In this document: positions 11,725 through 24,912 of the stretch, piece after piece
Layout of the letters: each line of letters begins with the position of its first letter
How positions within the stretch are numbered: the stretch's first letter is position 1
Assembly: GCA_964016885.1 (NCBI GenBank)
Contig: OZ024745.1
Span: forward strand, 86,118,001-86,182,000
Length of the DNA stretch: 64,000 nt
Source: Eledone cirrhosa
Lineage: Eukaryota
Direction: 5' to 3'
Made by a program: the position numbers and the translations under genes
Notes under the pieces: generated by a model
What the model was told of the DNA's origin: nothing
Databases searched by the model: none
What the model saw: only the letters and a program-made list of their open reading frames with translations

Positions 11725-14089
11725 GTAAATACTTTTTTTTTCTAATTGTTTGCTCAATCTTATTATAGCTAACATAAATAAAAACTTTATTTATGGAATA
11801 TATTTTACATTCCATTGTTCCCAATCTAAACGAAAATTTAGATTGGGAACAATGGAATGTAAAATTGGAAAATATAAAGAAAAAGGGAGGGAATGGTAAG
11901 GACTCTAGTGTCACTGAAGGAGGGGGAGGATGGTTGGGCTCTGGGCCTAGGGCACGTCGGTAAATAACTAATTGTAATTAAATTTTAATATAAGAAGTAA
12001 CAATATTTCATAAATGCACTGTTTATATAAGGAATAACAGTTGGAATAATTCTATTTCATATATGTCCTTAGTATCTTCAAATGGCTGAGAAAGTAGAGA
12101 AATGTGAAATATTTTAGTTTATGTCCTGTTGGAAATCAAATCTTTCACTGTCTCTCACTTATCTGTTTCCAGACTCTGTAATCTGTTTGAAAGATGATGT
12201 CTGTTTCTGCATGACTTTCGGAAACATTATTTCACACTCAGAGTTGCTGAAGCATGGAACAAACTACCTGGATCTGTTGTCAGCTGTTGGGACACTGCAT
12301 CCTTTCAAAATTTCCATGCTTCCTGATATTCCCCCTCCATACACACGCATGCGCATGTGTTTGTGTGTGTCTGTGTGTATATCATAACTCATACACTGTT
12401 CACTTTCCTGATATTTGTACATTATTCTATGTACTATACGTTCACCTTTGATGAGTTGTAGTGCACCTGAGCACTGTACACTATAATTTTCATTGTATCA
12501 TATGCAGAATCTACTCTCAATTTCTCTCTTACTCATCAGCAACAAAGACTTTCAATTACTTTGGCCTTTTTACCATTTCCCTGAGTTTATTCAGTCTCTG
12601 CTGCACCTTTTGACCACCACCAACGTTTTGATTCTATCCCTCTCTAAATTCTATATTAAAGATATTTATCTGAACTCGCTCTGCAGTCATATTCTTTGTA
12701 ACTATGATGCACCTAACTCTTGTACCCCTTCAACTCTGATAGAGCCCAAATTGCTTCCAACTCTGAACTGCTCATACTGTTTAGTTTCCTCATTTACCTA
12801 TATCCCTGATTTACACACCTTCTTGTTCTTCTTCTTTGCCTACTTATTGCAGAGGGAGTTGTGGGTGGGTTGGGGAGCTGAGTCCTTAAACACTTCTTCC
12901 AGCAGGTCCTGTCAGAAGCAACTGTCTCTAACTGATCTGGCTGGATCCCCAAGCGAGACTAGCCAAGCTCATGGATTTTATCCAACCATCTTGCTCGGGG
13001 TCTACCCCTGGATCTACTGACTTGCACACCAACTCATCAGATTCTCTAAACCTCTTTCTCTCACATCCAAACACAACATTTAGCTAAACATCACCATTAT
13101 ATATATATATATATATATATATCCTATGTTATGTCTTCATTGTAGTACCGAATTTAATTATATATTTAAAACTCATCCCATGGACTGAGTGCTCTACACC
13201 TTAGATATCTTAACCAAACCATTACTACTACTATATAAATATTATATCTACCATCTTTCACCTTATTGTACCATCTCTCATCTTCCTGATATCTAAAATG
13301 AAAACTTTGATGTAAATTGTTATATTTGGGGGTGGTCATGTTGCCAATAGAAAGAAACACATGCAACATATAATTTTCAATTTACCTTTATCTTGATCAT
13401 TCATTATCATTCGTTTGTCAAAGTTCTTTCATCACAATGTTGATGTAAATGTTATGTTAATGTCTTTAACTATATTTGATAGTAAGGAATATAAATTCTC
13501 TTTAACTTTCTAACATCAATATGTTATTTTTACTTATTTTATGAAGGTTGTGAGATTCAATAATATAGGAGCACTAATGAACACATGATCTTCATGAATT
13601 GACAAAAGGGGCTTTTGCTTTTGATATTCCCATAACATTTGAACATAGCTCTGTTCAAATCCTATGGACATATAAAAGGAAATATATAACCAATGTGCTT
13701 ATATACTCTCACTCATAGTAGTACCCAGAAATGAGTGTACTAATTTTCATATTATTATTTCTCATGTTGGTAAGATATATATAAAAGGGTATGTTTTCTT
13801 GTGATTGTTTACATGATGTAAGATGCTGTCTAATGAAAGCCCAACTGGGCTTCAAAATTGGTTAAAGATATTTTTCTTTTTTTTTTCAATGCATGCACAT
13901 GTATGGAGGGGGAATATCAGGTGTAGTGTTGGCGAATTTCGGGAAGCATGGATTTTATTTCTGCTTCTTGAAATTCGCCAACACGACACCCGATATTCCC
14001 CCTCTATACACAAGCACACGTGTGTGTGTCTGTGTGTATATCATGACTCATACACTTCATTTTCCTGACATTTGTACATTATTCCGGTG

Positions 14090-14891
14090 AATTGGCAGTA
14101 TCGGTAGAGGGTCGGACGCCATGCTTTGACGCATAGTTACGGCCTTGCCATTCTGAGTTCAAATCACGCCGAGGTTAACTTTGCCGTTCATCCTTATGGG
14201 GTCGATAAAATAAAGTACCAGTAATCTACTGGGTAATTGCTGGCCTTGTGCCAATGGTAGAAACAATTATTCTATGTACTGGATTGTCAGTATCAGTAGA
14301 GAGTCGGACGCCATGCTTTGCAGTATAGAGTTGCGGTCCTTTAGGTCTGATTTCAAATCCCGCTGAGGTTAACTTTGCCTTTCAACCTTATGGGGTCAAT
14401 AAAATAAGTACCAGTAATGCACTGAGATAATTTTTGGCCTTGTGCTAAAAATAGAAACAATTATTCTATGTACTGTACACAATTTTCATTATTATTATTA
14501 TCGGATTGGCAGTATCGGTAGAGGGTCGGACGCCATGCTTTGACGTATAGAGTTACGGCCCTTGCCATTCTGAGTTCAAATCCCGCCGATGTTAACTTTG
14601 CCTTTCATCCTTACAGGGTCGATAAAATAAAGTACCAGTAATGCATTAGGTAATTGCTGGCCTAGTGCCTAACGTAGAAACAATTATTATTATCACAGGC
14701 GGTGGATTGGCAGTATCGGTAGAGAGTCGGACGCCATGCTTTCCAGCATAGGGTTACGTCCCTTTACAGTCTGAGTTCAAATCTCTCCGAGGTTTACTTT
14801 GCCTTTCATCCTTACGGGGTCGATAAAATAAAGTACCAGTAATGCACTGGGTAATTGCTGGCCTTGTGCCTAAAGTAGAAACAATTATTAT
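14090..14891 (+). mobile_element. Tandem array of four SINE family A copies
   Basis: Copies at ~14090-14270, 14281-14465, 14502-14692 and 14697-14891, head to tail, interleaved with pieces of a CR1/L2-like 3' UTR. Confidence 0.9.
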
Positions 14892-15426
14892 CACACTGTG
14901 TAAATTTATATACACATTTACACACTCTGTTACCTCTATTCTGATATATACAGAAAAATCTTTATCGTCTTGATTTATTGGGCAATATACCTTTCTAGTC
15001 TAATCCAAACTATTCAAATACTATATGATCATTTTTACAAATTATTCATGGTTACACTTTCCTACAATAGCTGGTTTTTTTTTACATGGTTACTCACACT
15101 GCTAGAAATAATATCCGAATCTTCAAATTACATTATGCCATCTTTAAAAGGAAAGGTCACATTGCCATAGAAATCAAAAAGACAGGATGGCTACAGTTGG
15201 AATACCTTTTATGATAGGTTTCTTGATCAAGAGCTAAACATGATTTTCTTCAAAGAATATATTCTCCCCAATAATCCATTTCTCATTAACAGCATCAATT
15301 TCAAGTAAGGGTCATTCACAATCACCTATCCCTCCTCCCCAACCTTCCTGTCTTCAAAATTGTGCAACATTTCTTCTTTGGGGGTCTAAAAAATACTCCA
15401 GCAGTACAAGCTTCAAGACATTATAT

Positions 15427-15600
15427 GGATTGGCAGTATTGGTAGAGGGTCGGACGCCATGCTTTCCAGCATAGTTATGTCCCTTTACAGTCTGAGATCA
15501 AATCCCGTTGAGGTTAACTTTGCCTTTCAGGGTCGATAAAATAAAGTACCAGTAATGCACTGGGATAATTGTTGGCCTTGTGCCAAACATAGAAACAATT
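15427..15600 (+). mobile_element. SINE family A copy
   Basis: Consensus match with a small internal deletion. Confidence 0.85.
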
Positions 15601-15700
15601 ATAGAATATTGTTCAGTCATCCACACAACTAAGTAACATTTTGCTTTGATCTTATTAAACATTACAATGGCATTTGCTTCTAAGAAATATTCATTCCATG

Positions 15701-15873
15701 CAGTGCTGGATTTACCATTGTGTTTAGGTGTGCACAGGGCCCCATTGACCAAGGGAGGCCCATATTACTGCCCAAAATGTTTTTTTTACGATGAATTACC
15801 TCCTTTAGTGCCCAAGCAAGGCACTTTATAACTTAACTAGCACAAGGCCTCATTTGTCCTAAATCCGACCCTG
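15701..15873. mobile_element. hAT-like MITE
   Basis: Imperfect TIRs cagtgctggattta / taaatccgaccctg with internal gggccc motifs. Confidence 0.5.
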
Positions 15874-16974
15874 ATTCCATGGAAAAGTATTCATTTCTAC
15901 AAACAATAACACTGTAGGAAATGAAACAAAGATGTTTCATTTCCTACACAGTGTTATTGTTTGTAGAAATGAATACTTTTACATTAAATTTCAAAATTCT
16001 CATCATTAACTAAACTGGAGAATTTCTTACTAAATATTAACCACATTTTCTTCACTCAACATGCTAAATCCCTTGCTAAAATATTAATGCTAAAATATTG
16101 GCATAAAATTAGATGAATTTAGTTTCCAATCTTATAAGATTCTAGCCATTGCATAATAGTTAATGTGTAAGGAATTAATTTTAAGAATTTTTATCCATTT
16201 TCTTTTTTTTTTTTTTTTCTTAAATTTAAGACAGAGAACATTTATTTTAATGACAGCTGGTCACTCTAATACTACATATATTTTCTGTTCATGGGTTTTC
16301 ACCTAGTTTTTTGTGTGTTAATATAGTTTATATGGATTTAGACATTTGAATATTTCTAAAGATTGTATGAATGTGAATTGCTTAAAAGTGAGTGCTTTCT
16401 AAATCTATAGTCAGCCTCATAGATTTTATGTATTGATGTGTCAGTTTTATGGACACAATTGTGCCATAATGACTGTTTACAATTTTTTAAGCCAACTGTA
16501 TTGATTTGTTCAACAAACATTTAGTATTTTCATAAATTTTTTTTTCCTCCTTTGTAGTGTGTTCCATATCTCAGATTCCTACCACACCAATTAAAGATTT
16601 CCTTGAGTTTTAATGAACAGAAAATTGTAATCTGCTTAGAGCTTGGGATATGGCAGATGAGTTCTGTTATGTAGTGCAGATATATTAAGTGCTAGGAATA
16701 GATGTTGTGGCAGAATAATAATTGGGATTTTAAGAGATTTCAGAGAACAGTTATCCTTGTTGGCACCAAAACATTTCTTTCTTTGTACAAATGTAGACTC
16801 TATGAAGTCAAAGTAATTGAAGACAACTGACGTTTGTCTACAGAATGAACATCTCATGACATGAAATACACTGTGTTGAAATTAATTTTGGAAATAATCA
16901 AGAAATTTGGACGAATCTAGTAAAATAATTTGTGCTGATGTGTGCAGCATAATTCAACACATTCATACATGAAA

Positions 16975-17178
16975 TTAACCATTTAGCGTTTACATTACTC
17001 TGTATTTACTATTGTATTTTTGTGGTAAAGGCTTTATCTTACATAAATATCTCGCACAATATCGAACCTATGAGATTTTGATGTTATTTATTTTGAGAAC
17101 AATACCTTAACATCAGTATGAGGGGCTGGTTACAGCTGGTTTGAACGGATATGGCCAGTTTAAATACTGAAGGTTGAA
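16975..17178. mobile_element. piggyBac-like MITE (inverted relative at 25463-25711)
   Basis: Ends ttaaccatttagcgttt / aaatactgaaggttgaa. The internal sequence matches the reverse complement of 25490-25711. TTAA-CCCTT type ends also occur at 28695 and 35745. Confidence 0.55.
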
Positions 17179-17639
17179 AGTTTTAATTCAAATATGAAAA
17201 CTTTAAAACTGAAAGTAGCTCCAGTAGAACTGGAAGTAGCTCCAGATCGGTTAAAAGGAAGGTTAAGCTTAATTTATTGAGAAAACAACTGGACTACAAA
17301 AGTATGTGGTTATGGCCATGGAAGATAAATGAAAGAAAATTTACTGAGAGTTTGTAGTAGAAGATAGTCTATACTAGATCTATAAGAAAGTATGGGAATT
17401 AAATCAGTCTGAAAATATGAAGAGGTTCTATTTCAGATTCAACCAGACTATACTAACATTTGTTAAGTAAATAATTGATAATTTCTTTTTCTTCTTTAGA
17501 GTAATACTGATCTAATTTGAGGTTGAGTTATTTCGAAAAAAAATACTGATAAGCAATGTGGAACTTCATGAATTACTGTTTGAATCAGAAAGGGAAAAGG
17601 AAAATCAAAGATATTTATTTTTTAAATAAAATTTAGTAA

Positions 17640-18090
17640 GAAAAAAATGGAAAAAAAAGGGAAAGAAAGAATAGGGAAATATAGAAAGAAAGAAAAAGAA
17701 CGGCGAGGGGAGGGTGATTGGGCTTTGGACCTAGGGCAAGGGGGCAGAAGTGCTGCGGCCCGCTGACAAGATGGCAAAAGCATTTTCGCAGATGATGACA
17801 AGTGACACCCGCTGCAACAGCCACCCAACCCTACGAGGCTCCCTCCTCAGACAGGCTGCCGATGTTCCGAGCTTGCAGAGGAGCTCGGCAGTACGCCTGA
17901 GGTCTTGACGGCAACTGGTGTGAAGAGGAAGCGGCCGGACAAACCACAGTATTTGTTTATTTTACATACTACTGTAAGGCGGGCTGCGATGTCAGAGTTC
18001 GTGGCCGAAGCAACTAAGTTGGAGGTGGAGAACATGTCACAGCAGGTGGCATCCCAGATGAGGTATCTACCTCCTTCGAATGGGAAGTTA
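17640..18090 (-). mobile_element. CRE-like non-LTR 3' end with 3' UTR
   Basis: FPFEGGRYLIWDATCCDMFS...PVAVKTSGVL, then GWLLQRVSLVIICENAFAILSAG in a shifted frame, then a pyrimidine-rich tail. Confidence 0.75.
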
Positions 18091-18264
18091 TGAGACATAA
18101 CCAAACAATAAATATAAACACAGATGCAGACACACAGAGCGATACATGCCTACAACCCCCAAACACACATATATGTGATGAACTTGTACCCAGTTTCTGT
18201 CTACCAAAGGTTATAATAGAAGACATTTTTGATTAACCTACATAGAATATGTGATGACTTGAGC

Positions 18265-18747
18265 TAGAGTAGGGCAACCTTTTCATGTTGAAAGGCTGCT
18301 TTAACTTACTTTAAAGTTACTTTATTAAGGCTGCATTCAAGAAACCATAATTATATATTCTTAAAATCTACATTATTTTGTAAAAATCTAATTACTATGT
18401 AGTAATTATCTAAAAAAAATGTTAAAAAATTAATTTTAAAGGTAACTACCTTTTAATGAGTTTGTTATGACTGTTTGTTGTAGTAAAACATTTTGATATT
18501 TGGTTGCAATATGGAGGTCTAAAGTTTTAACTGAACCTCGAGAGTGGTATCCGCCATTTGTGATCTCAAAGGCATCTTGATTTTGGTTAGGTAGGAGAAT
18601 GTAGATTCACAGCAATAAGTGGTTTAAATTAAAATAATAAGAGATAGACAAAAGCATATTAATAAGAATTAAAAATTTGTTGGAAATTTGTTATTCCTTC
18701 AAAAGGTCACAAGAATGGCATTTAAGGCTGCAGGTTTCCCATCTCTG
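18265..18747. mobile_element. hAT-like non-autonomous DNA element
   Basis: Degenerate TIRs tagagtagggcaacct / aggtttcccatctctg. Confidence 0.4.
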
Positions 18748-20252
18748 ACATAAACTGATGGTGTAGATTTGTTTATTTGTGTAGTCTGGTTTTTGTGCAT
18801 TTGAATAAAACTTGGTCCTTATTTCAATAATTTCTGGAATAATTTAGCAGAAAATATCTAAAAACAGGTTTAATTGAAATATTTATTGTATCCTTACTAG
18901 TAGACAGATCATTGCAAAAACTTCCTTTGATGAGTTGTAGTGCACCTGAGCACTGTACACAATAATTTTCATTATATATCTCTTAACATCCTATAATGAT
19001 TTAGCAGAAAATATCTAAAAACAGGTTTGTTGATTCAAATATTTATAGTATCTTTACTAGTAGACAGATAGTTGTGAAAACTTTCATTTTTAATGATACA
19101 ATGACAGTGTTGTTGTTTTATACTTTTCAAGAATGTCTTACTAATGCGGTTTGGTGCAGTTCAGGACATTAAGAGTTAATGTAAGTGTTGATAGTTAGGT
19201 GGGGCAGGGGGTTATATAAATGACTATTTCTAGGTCTTGTTTTATTTTGTTTACATAAACTATTATTTGTAAGCGTTCATTTTTTTTTTTCAATATGTTG
19301 ATAGTTTTTTTGTTTTTTTTTAAATGAATGATTTTTATCTGTTTCATGATGAACAGATGTAAGTTATTGATGTTTGTGGGGGATATTTTTTTGAAGCGCC
19401 ACATTATTCTTCAGTTACTATGTAGATAATGAGGAAATAACAAAACAAATTATACAAACAGTTATAATTTTGATTATTTGCCTGTGTGATGGTGATGATG
19501 TTTGGGTATATGATGATGATGATGTTTGGGTATATGTTGATGTTTGGCTGTGTGTTTTAATTGTTTTATACACGTTTTAGTTTCTTTTTCAGGAAATACA
19601 ATATACACTCCTCATACCCTTTATTATTATACACCTTATGGGGTCGATAAAATAAAGTACTGGGTAAATGCTGGCCTTGTGCCAAAAGTAGAAACAATTA
19701 TTATATACTTGGCGTGGCAATAAAGTATTTAGAATAGTAGGCTGTGTGCCGTATATATCAGTAAATGTAATAATAGTTGAAATTTGAACTTTGTTGTACA
19801 CGTGTGATATTCTGTATTAATGCTGTATTTTGTCACATAATTGTTTTGCTGTCATTCTTGTGAGTTTATAATATACACATCCAACTGCTCAATTCACAAA
19901 AGATTTTTTTTCCTGAGAAGAGTGGCAATGATCAAACAATCACCCTATAGTCACGACTTTGTGCGATTGTTGGGTGTTCAAGTTATTAAAACATCTTTGA
20001 AAATTTGTTTTTGTTTCATTAGAATAGTTTCAACAATTGCTGAAGGAATGATTCCAGAAAGATTTAAGCACAGTAAAGATGTGATTGCATTCAATGGAGA
20101 TTGTTTTGCAGAATAAATAAAGTTTTGTTTCAATATGTTGTGCATTTTCATTTAAAAGGTTATTCTAAAGACTTTATTGCCACGCCAAGTATTTCTAAAT
20201 TCTTTCTTTTGTTCTTATACTGGTTGTGGTCATTTGACTATGGCCATGCTAG

Positions 20253-20520
20253 TGCACGGCCTAGTGGTAAGGGTGTTGGATTATGATCATAACGTTATGG
20301 GTTTGATTCCTGGGCTGGGTTGTGTTCTTGAGCAAAACACTTCATTTTACGTTGCTCCAGTATACTCAGCTAAAAATGAATACGAGAAATAGCTGGGGGT
20401 TTAACCCTGCGATAGACTGGCGTCCTATCCAGGCGAGTAGTTTTGTACTCTCTCATTTCATGCCACAAAACTAGGATAAGCACTGGCCTGACAAGCCCCC
20501 TGGCTTGATACAGACATTAG
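20253..20520 (+). mobile_element. SINE family B copy
   Basis: tRNA-like head cggcctagtggtaagggtg...ggtttgattcc plus the family B core. Confidence 0.7.
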
Positions 20521-20996
20521 ACTTAGGCATGCTGGGGCGCTGCATTTAAGGGTTTAATTAGCGACTCCAGTACAGATTTTTTTTCAATTCTTGTATCGAT
20601 TTTATTGATCTCCATTTATGAAACTGTAGATACACATACACATACAAGGTGTGGGACATAAACAAGACAGTGTAGAGACACATACACACACACGCATACA
20701 GTACGTATGGGACATAACCAGTGTACACACACACAACTTCTGCACAATTTCCATCTACCAGATTTCACTTACAAAGAATTGGTCAGTTTAAGACTACAGT
20801 AGAAGACATTTGACCCAGATGTCAAATAGTTTGACTGAACCTAAAACAATGTGGTTCCAAAACAAATTCCTTAACCTGCAAGTACAGTAAAAGCCATGCT
20901 TTACTGCTCTTTCAGAACAAAACTGAAACATGTCCTGGATTATTTCCCTTCTACTTACCAGAAAAAAGAAAATGATATTAACCATTAACTAATATT

Positions 20997-21179
20997 ATTG
21001 GCAGTATTGGTAGAGGGTCGGATGTCATGCTTTGACGCATAGTTACGGCCCTTGCCATTCTGAGTTCAAATCCCGCTGCGGTTAACTTTGCCTTTCATCC
21101 TTATGGGGGTCGATAAAATAAAGTACCAGTAATTCACTGGGTAATTGCTGGCCTTGTGCCAAAAGTAGAAACAATTATT
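20997..21179 (+). mobile_element. SINE family A copy
   Basis: Consensus match. Further copies at ~19634-19702(+), 21450-21650(-), 22738-22942(+), 25107-25245(-), 30090-30190(-), 31027-31210(+), 32226-32405(+), 34340-34537(-) and 35487-35676(-). Confidence 0.85.
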
Positions 21180-21269
21180 TCTTTCTCTTCACATAATTAT
21201 TAGGAGTTAGCTTTTTAATGATTCTGCATCTGATATGTTAACACTGGCATACCTATGATATATTATAAT

Positions 21270-21400
21270 CTTTCCTTTAATATATTGAACATTCTCCTAT
21301 AATATATTAAACACTCTCCTATAATATATAAAATACTCTCCTTTATATTAAACACACTCCTATAGTATATTAAAATCTTTCCTATAATATATTAAACACT
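21270..21400. repeat. ~22-bp AT-rich minisatellite
   Basis: About six degenerate units of aacactctcctataatatatta. Confidence 0.7.
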
Positions 21401-21704
21401 TCCCCAACGATATATGGGATAAAAATAGTTTATATTTTACTAATAATGATTTCTACTATAGACACCAGGACAGTAATTTAGGGAGAAAGGAAAGTAGATT
21501 AAATCGACCTCAGTAAGTTACTGGTACTTTATTTTATTGACCCCGTAAGGATGAAAGACAAAGCTAGCTTCAGTGGCAGATTTGAACTCAAAATATAAAG
21601 GGTCGTAACTCTATGCCGCAAAGCATGATGAACGATATGCTACCAATGCTGCCCCCCCCCCCTCCCAAAATTGTCAAAACAGACTATTTGTCTCCTTGGA
21701 TTAT

Positions 21705-21910
21705 ATCATCATCATCGATTAACATCTATCTTCCACGCTAGCATGGGTTAGATGGGTTTGTTCCATTTAGAGACAAGTTGGGTCGGGTGACCGTGTCTTG
21801 CTCATATTTTAGAGTTTCTGGCTGGTTTTCTACAGCTGGATGCCCTTCCTAACGCCAACCACATTTACAGTGTGTGCTTTTTGCCGTGTCTTTTACACGT
21901 CCATTTTACA
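21705..21910 (-). mobile_element. Short RTE-derived bipartite element (copies 5575-5660, 32772-32990, 35745-35870, 36680-36927)
   Basis: The minus strand has ggttggcgttaggaagggcatccagc, then ccatgctagcgtggaag...gttaaatcgatgatgatg, an RTE-type terminus with a (GAT)n tail. Confidence 0.75.
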
Positions 21911-21933
21911 GTATGATATATATATATATATGT

Positions 21934-22260
21934 GGAGGCACATGGCTTAGGGGTTAGAGCATTGGCCTTGCAATTGAAAGGTTGTGAGTTCAATTCTCAG
22001 ACCGGGTGATGTGTTGTTTCCTTGAGCAAGACACTTTATTTCACATTGCTCCAGTTTACTCAGCTGTAGAAATGAGATGATAGGGACTGGGGTCCCTATC
22101 ATTCCACTGTAAAGTGGTCGTGGAGGTGCCACAGCAAAAAAGCACCCAGCACTCACTGTAAATGAGGTTGGTGTTAGGAAGGAAATCCAGCTGTAGAAAT
22201 CAAGCCAGAATCGGTTCCCGTCCCACCCTTGCAAGCAGGGAAAAGTGGACGTATGATGAT
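21934..22260 (+). mobile_element. SINE family B copy with RTE-derived body and tail
   Basis: tRNA head plus core, then a segment like the 5' UTR of the RTE at 54178-54243. The 3' end at 22217-22253 is identical at 36 of 37 nt to 57334-57370. (TA)n flanks both sides. Confidence 0.85.
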
Positions 22261-23990
22261 ATATATATATAGTGCAAATTTATATATATACATGTATATA
22301 ATCTTAATACCAGTTAATGTAGTGTCCCCTCCTTTCTAGTTATATGGTTACATTTATGGGATTAGTTACTACTGATTGAAACATTTTCTTGGATGTTAAT
22401 TCCAGGTATTTTGTAAATCATTACATTTTAATCAGTAATTCGTCTTTAATCACCAGGTGTCATATTTGTCATGTTTATACATGTGTGTTCAGCCTTGATT
22501 GCAATTTACTAACCTTTATTCCATTCAGCTTCAACACTCAACCTCCATTCTTCCCGAAATACATCAACACTACACCTGATATTCCCCCTCCATACACATG
22601 ACTCATACACTGTTCTCTTTCCTGATTTTTTTACATTATTCTATGTACTATACTTACACCTTTGATGAATTGTAGTGCACCTGAGCATTTTACACAATTT
22701 TCATTATCATTATTATTATTATCATGATATAATATAAGGGCGGTGGATTGACAGTGTCGGTAGAGGGCCGGATGTAAAGAGCCATAACTCTGCTTTGCAG
22801 CAGAGTTATGGCTCTTTATGTTCTGGGTTCAAATCCCGCCGAGGTTAGCTTTGCCTTTCATCCTTACGGAGTCGATAAAATAAAGCACCAGTAATGCACT
22901 GGGATAATGGCTAGCCTTGTGCCAAAAGTAAAAACAATTATTGTTATCATGTCCTTTAAGAGGCAAATACTTGTTCATTTTTTTTCTGTTATATTTAACC
23001 TGAATTTTTTTTTTGGTATGGCATCCATATTAGACTGGAGCTGTACTGCTTTTCCATTTTCCATGTGTTTCTTTATTAAATAATTGTAATCCATAATGGC
23101 ATATGGCTTTCATATCGTACATGTTTTGCATTTGCTGACTTTTGGAAAGAGTTAGGGTTTTGGAAAACAGTAATCAATAAAAGGTCATTCAATTTTATCT
23201 TTAGAGGATCACTTTGTTTCTCTCATATGGCCAAATAACATACCAACTATTCATGATTGACTATATGTTATGTTATTTGAAGGATTTTACAAATCTATCT
23301 CCTGAGTCAGTTAACTCTGGAAAGATATTCATGGAATGCTGTGTTACATTTGAAAGCTGTTTATGTTATATTGATCAAAGATTTCTGGTGTTTTCTCAGA
23401 CAGACCCTTATAAAGAGATTCCAGTTGATCTGGTTGATGTTTTTAAACATCTTCAACAATAGTGGGGGGAAATATGAGTACTAAGAAAATTTCAGAGGAC
23501 TGACGTTCTGAGGAGGCAGCATTGGACATAAGAGTTATTTCAGAGACTATGATGGCCGGAAGACAATATGGATGACAAGAAAAGACAAGTTGTGTGGGCC
23601 TGGGTGGATATTACACAAGACCAACTAGCTCTGAGGAGCAGAGCCCACAATAGAAAAAGCAGTTGAAGGATAACATATCTGGGGATCAGAGGTGAAAGTG
23701 TGTTGCTGTGTGATTCCATGTCATTCAGTCATAGTCAGTAAATACAGGTATTAGGGACCAAATATAAGCAGTGTGTTAAAGCATTCAGGAATTCAATACT
23801 ACTGGCCAGCAACTTAAAAATAATTCAAATACCATTCCACAAAATTTCCACTCTGACTTCAATTCAGAAATTAATCTAGAGAAATTAAAAACATCTATTG
23901 GAGTTACCAAATTTAGTTCCATTCTTGATACATTGGAAACACATTCATTATGTATTTTAATAGGCAATTTTTTTTAAATTTTTATTTCAG

Positions 23991-24185
23991 ATTCGTGTGA
24001 AGATCTTGGAAGCTCGTCAATTGATGGGATCCAACATACAACCTTTGGCCAGGGTTTCTGTTTATAATCAGACTAAACAGACTCGTGTAAAGAAATCAAC
24101 TAATTCTCCATTCTGGAATGAATCTTTCTTTTTCAATTTCAATATGGCTCCTTCAGAATTATTTGATGAGCTCATTGAATTCCAG
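23991..24185 (+). CDS. Ferlin (dysferlin/myoferlin-like) exon, C2B domain: IRVKILEARQL...FDELIEFQ
   Basis: Acceptor ttttatttcag, donor CAG|gtaaga, 65 codons, phase 0-0. Strong resemblance to myoferlin C2B (IRVRVIEGRQL.G.NI.P...NPFF.E.FF). Confidence 0.93.
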
Positions 24186-24684
24186 GTAAGACAATTTCCA
24201 AAATTGATTTCAACTATATATTCTCTAATTGTTTAACTCGTTTGTTATCATATTTCTAATGAAAGACAATGTTTGTAATTTTCAAATCATTTAAAAAACA
24301 TAAGATCTGGAGAGATTTAGTAACATAACTTAGTATTAATTTGCTGTTTGGAACATAATCTAAACGTTCTTATATAAAATTATAATGGGAGGCTTTTGGA
24401 TAAGAATAGAAGAGGCTGGTTTGGTATCAGAAGGGGGAAGTCATTAGCTTTTTTTCATGTGTGCTGTGTTTTAAAATCAAATAGATTTCTGTTGTGTGTG
24501 TGTGTGTGTGTGGAGGGGGAATTAAAACTAACAAATACTCTATAAAGTAGCAACTTTTGTTTTATGTGAATTGTAAGACCAAGGTAAGTGAGAAGAAGTC
24601 AATGACAATTGAGGCATTCCTTGAACCTTTCCCCTGCCTCAAAAGTACACTTTCATTGAAACTTTATATATATATGATGACTGC

Positions 24685-24870
24685 AGCAGCAGACAGAGCC
24701 TGGTGAAAGAAGTGCAATAAATCCAACAGACCAGAGACCAAATACAGATGTGTTCAATGTGACAGACTGTCACTCATGTGTAAGTCTGTTTAGCCACTGG
24801 AGACACTGCTCCAGCCGAGCTGAATACAGGATACTACCCTTGGTCAGCCTTGACCGAAGGAGGCCTTAAC
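24685..24870 (+). mobile_element. RTE-type LINE 3' end with C-terminal zinc finger
   Basis: Degenerate YRCVQCDR-CHSCVSLFSHWRHC, followed by a short 3' UTR and (TA)n. Confidence 0.55.
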
Positions 24871-24871
24871 T

Positions 24872-24912
<41 letters not shown>

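Noticed and set aside
14090-14891. tRNA gene cluster
   Set aside because: A/B boxes belong to SINE heads followed by a shared non-tRNA body and (ATT)n tail, and there is no complete cloverleaf.
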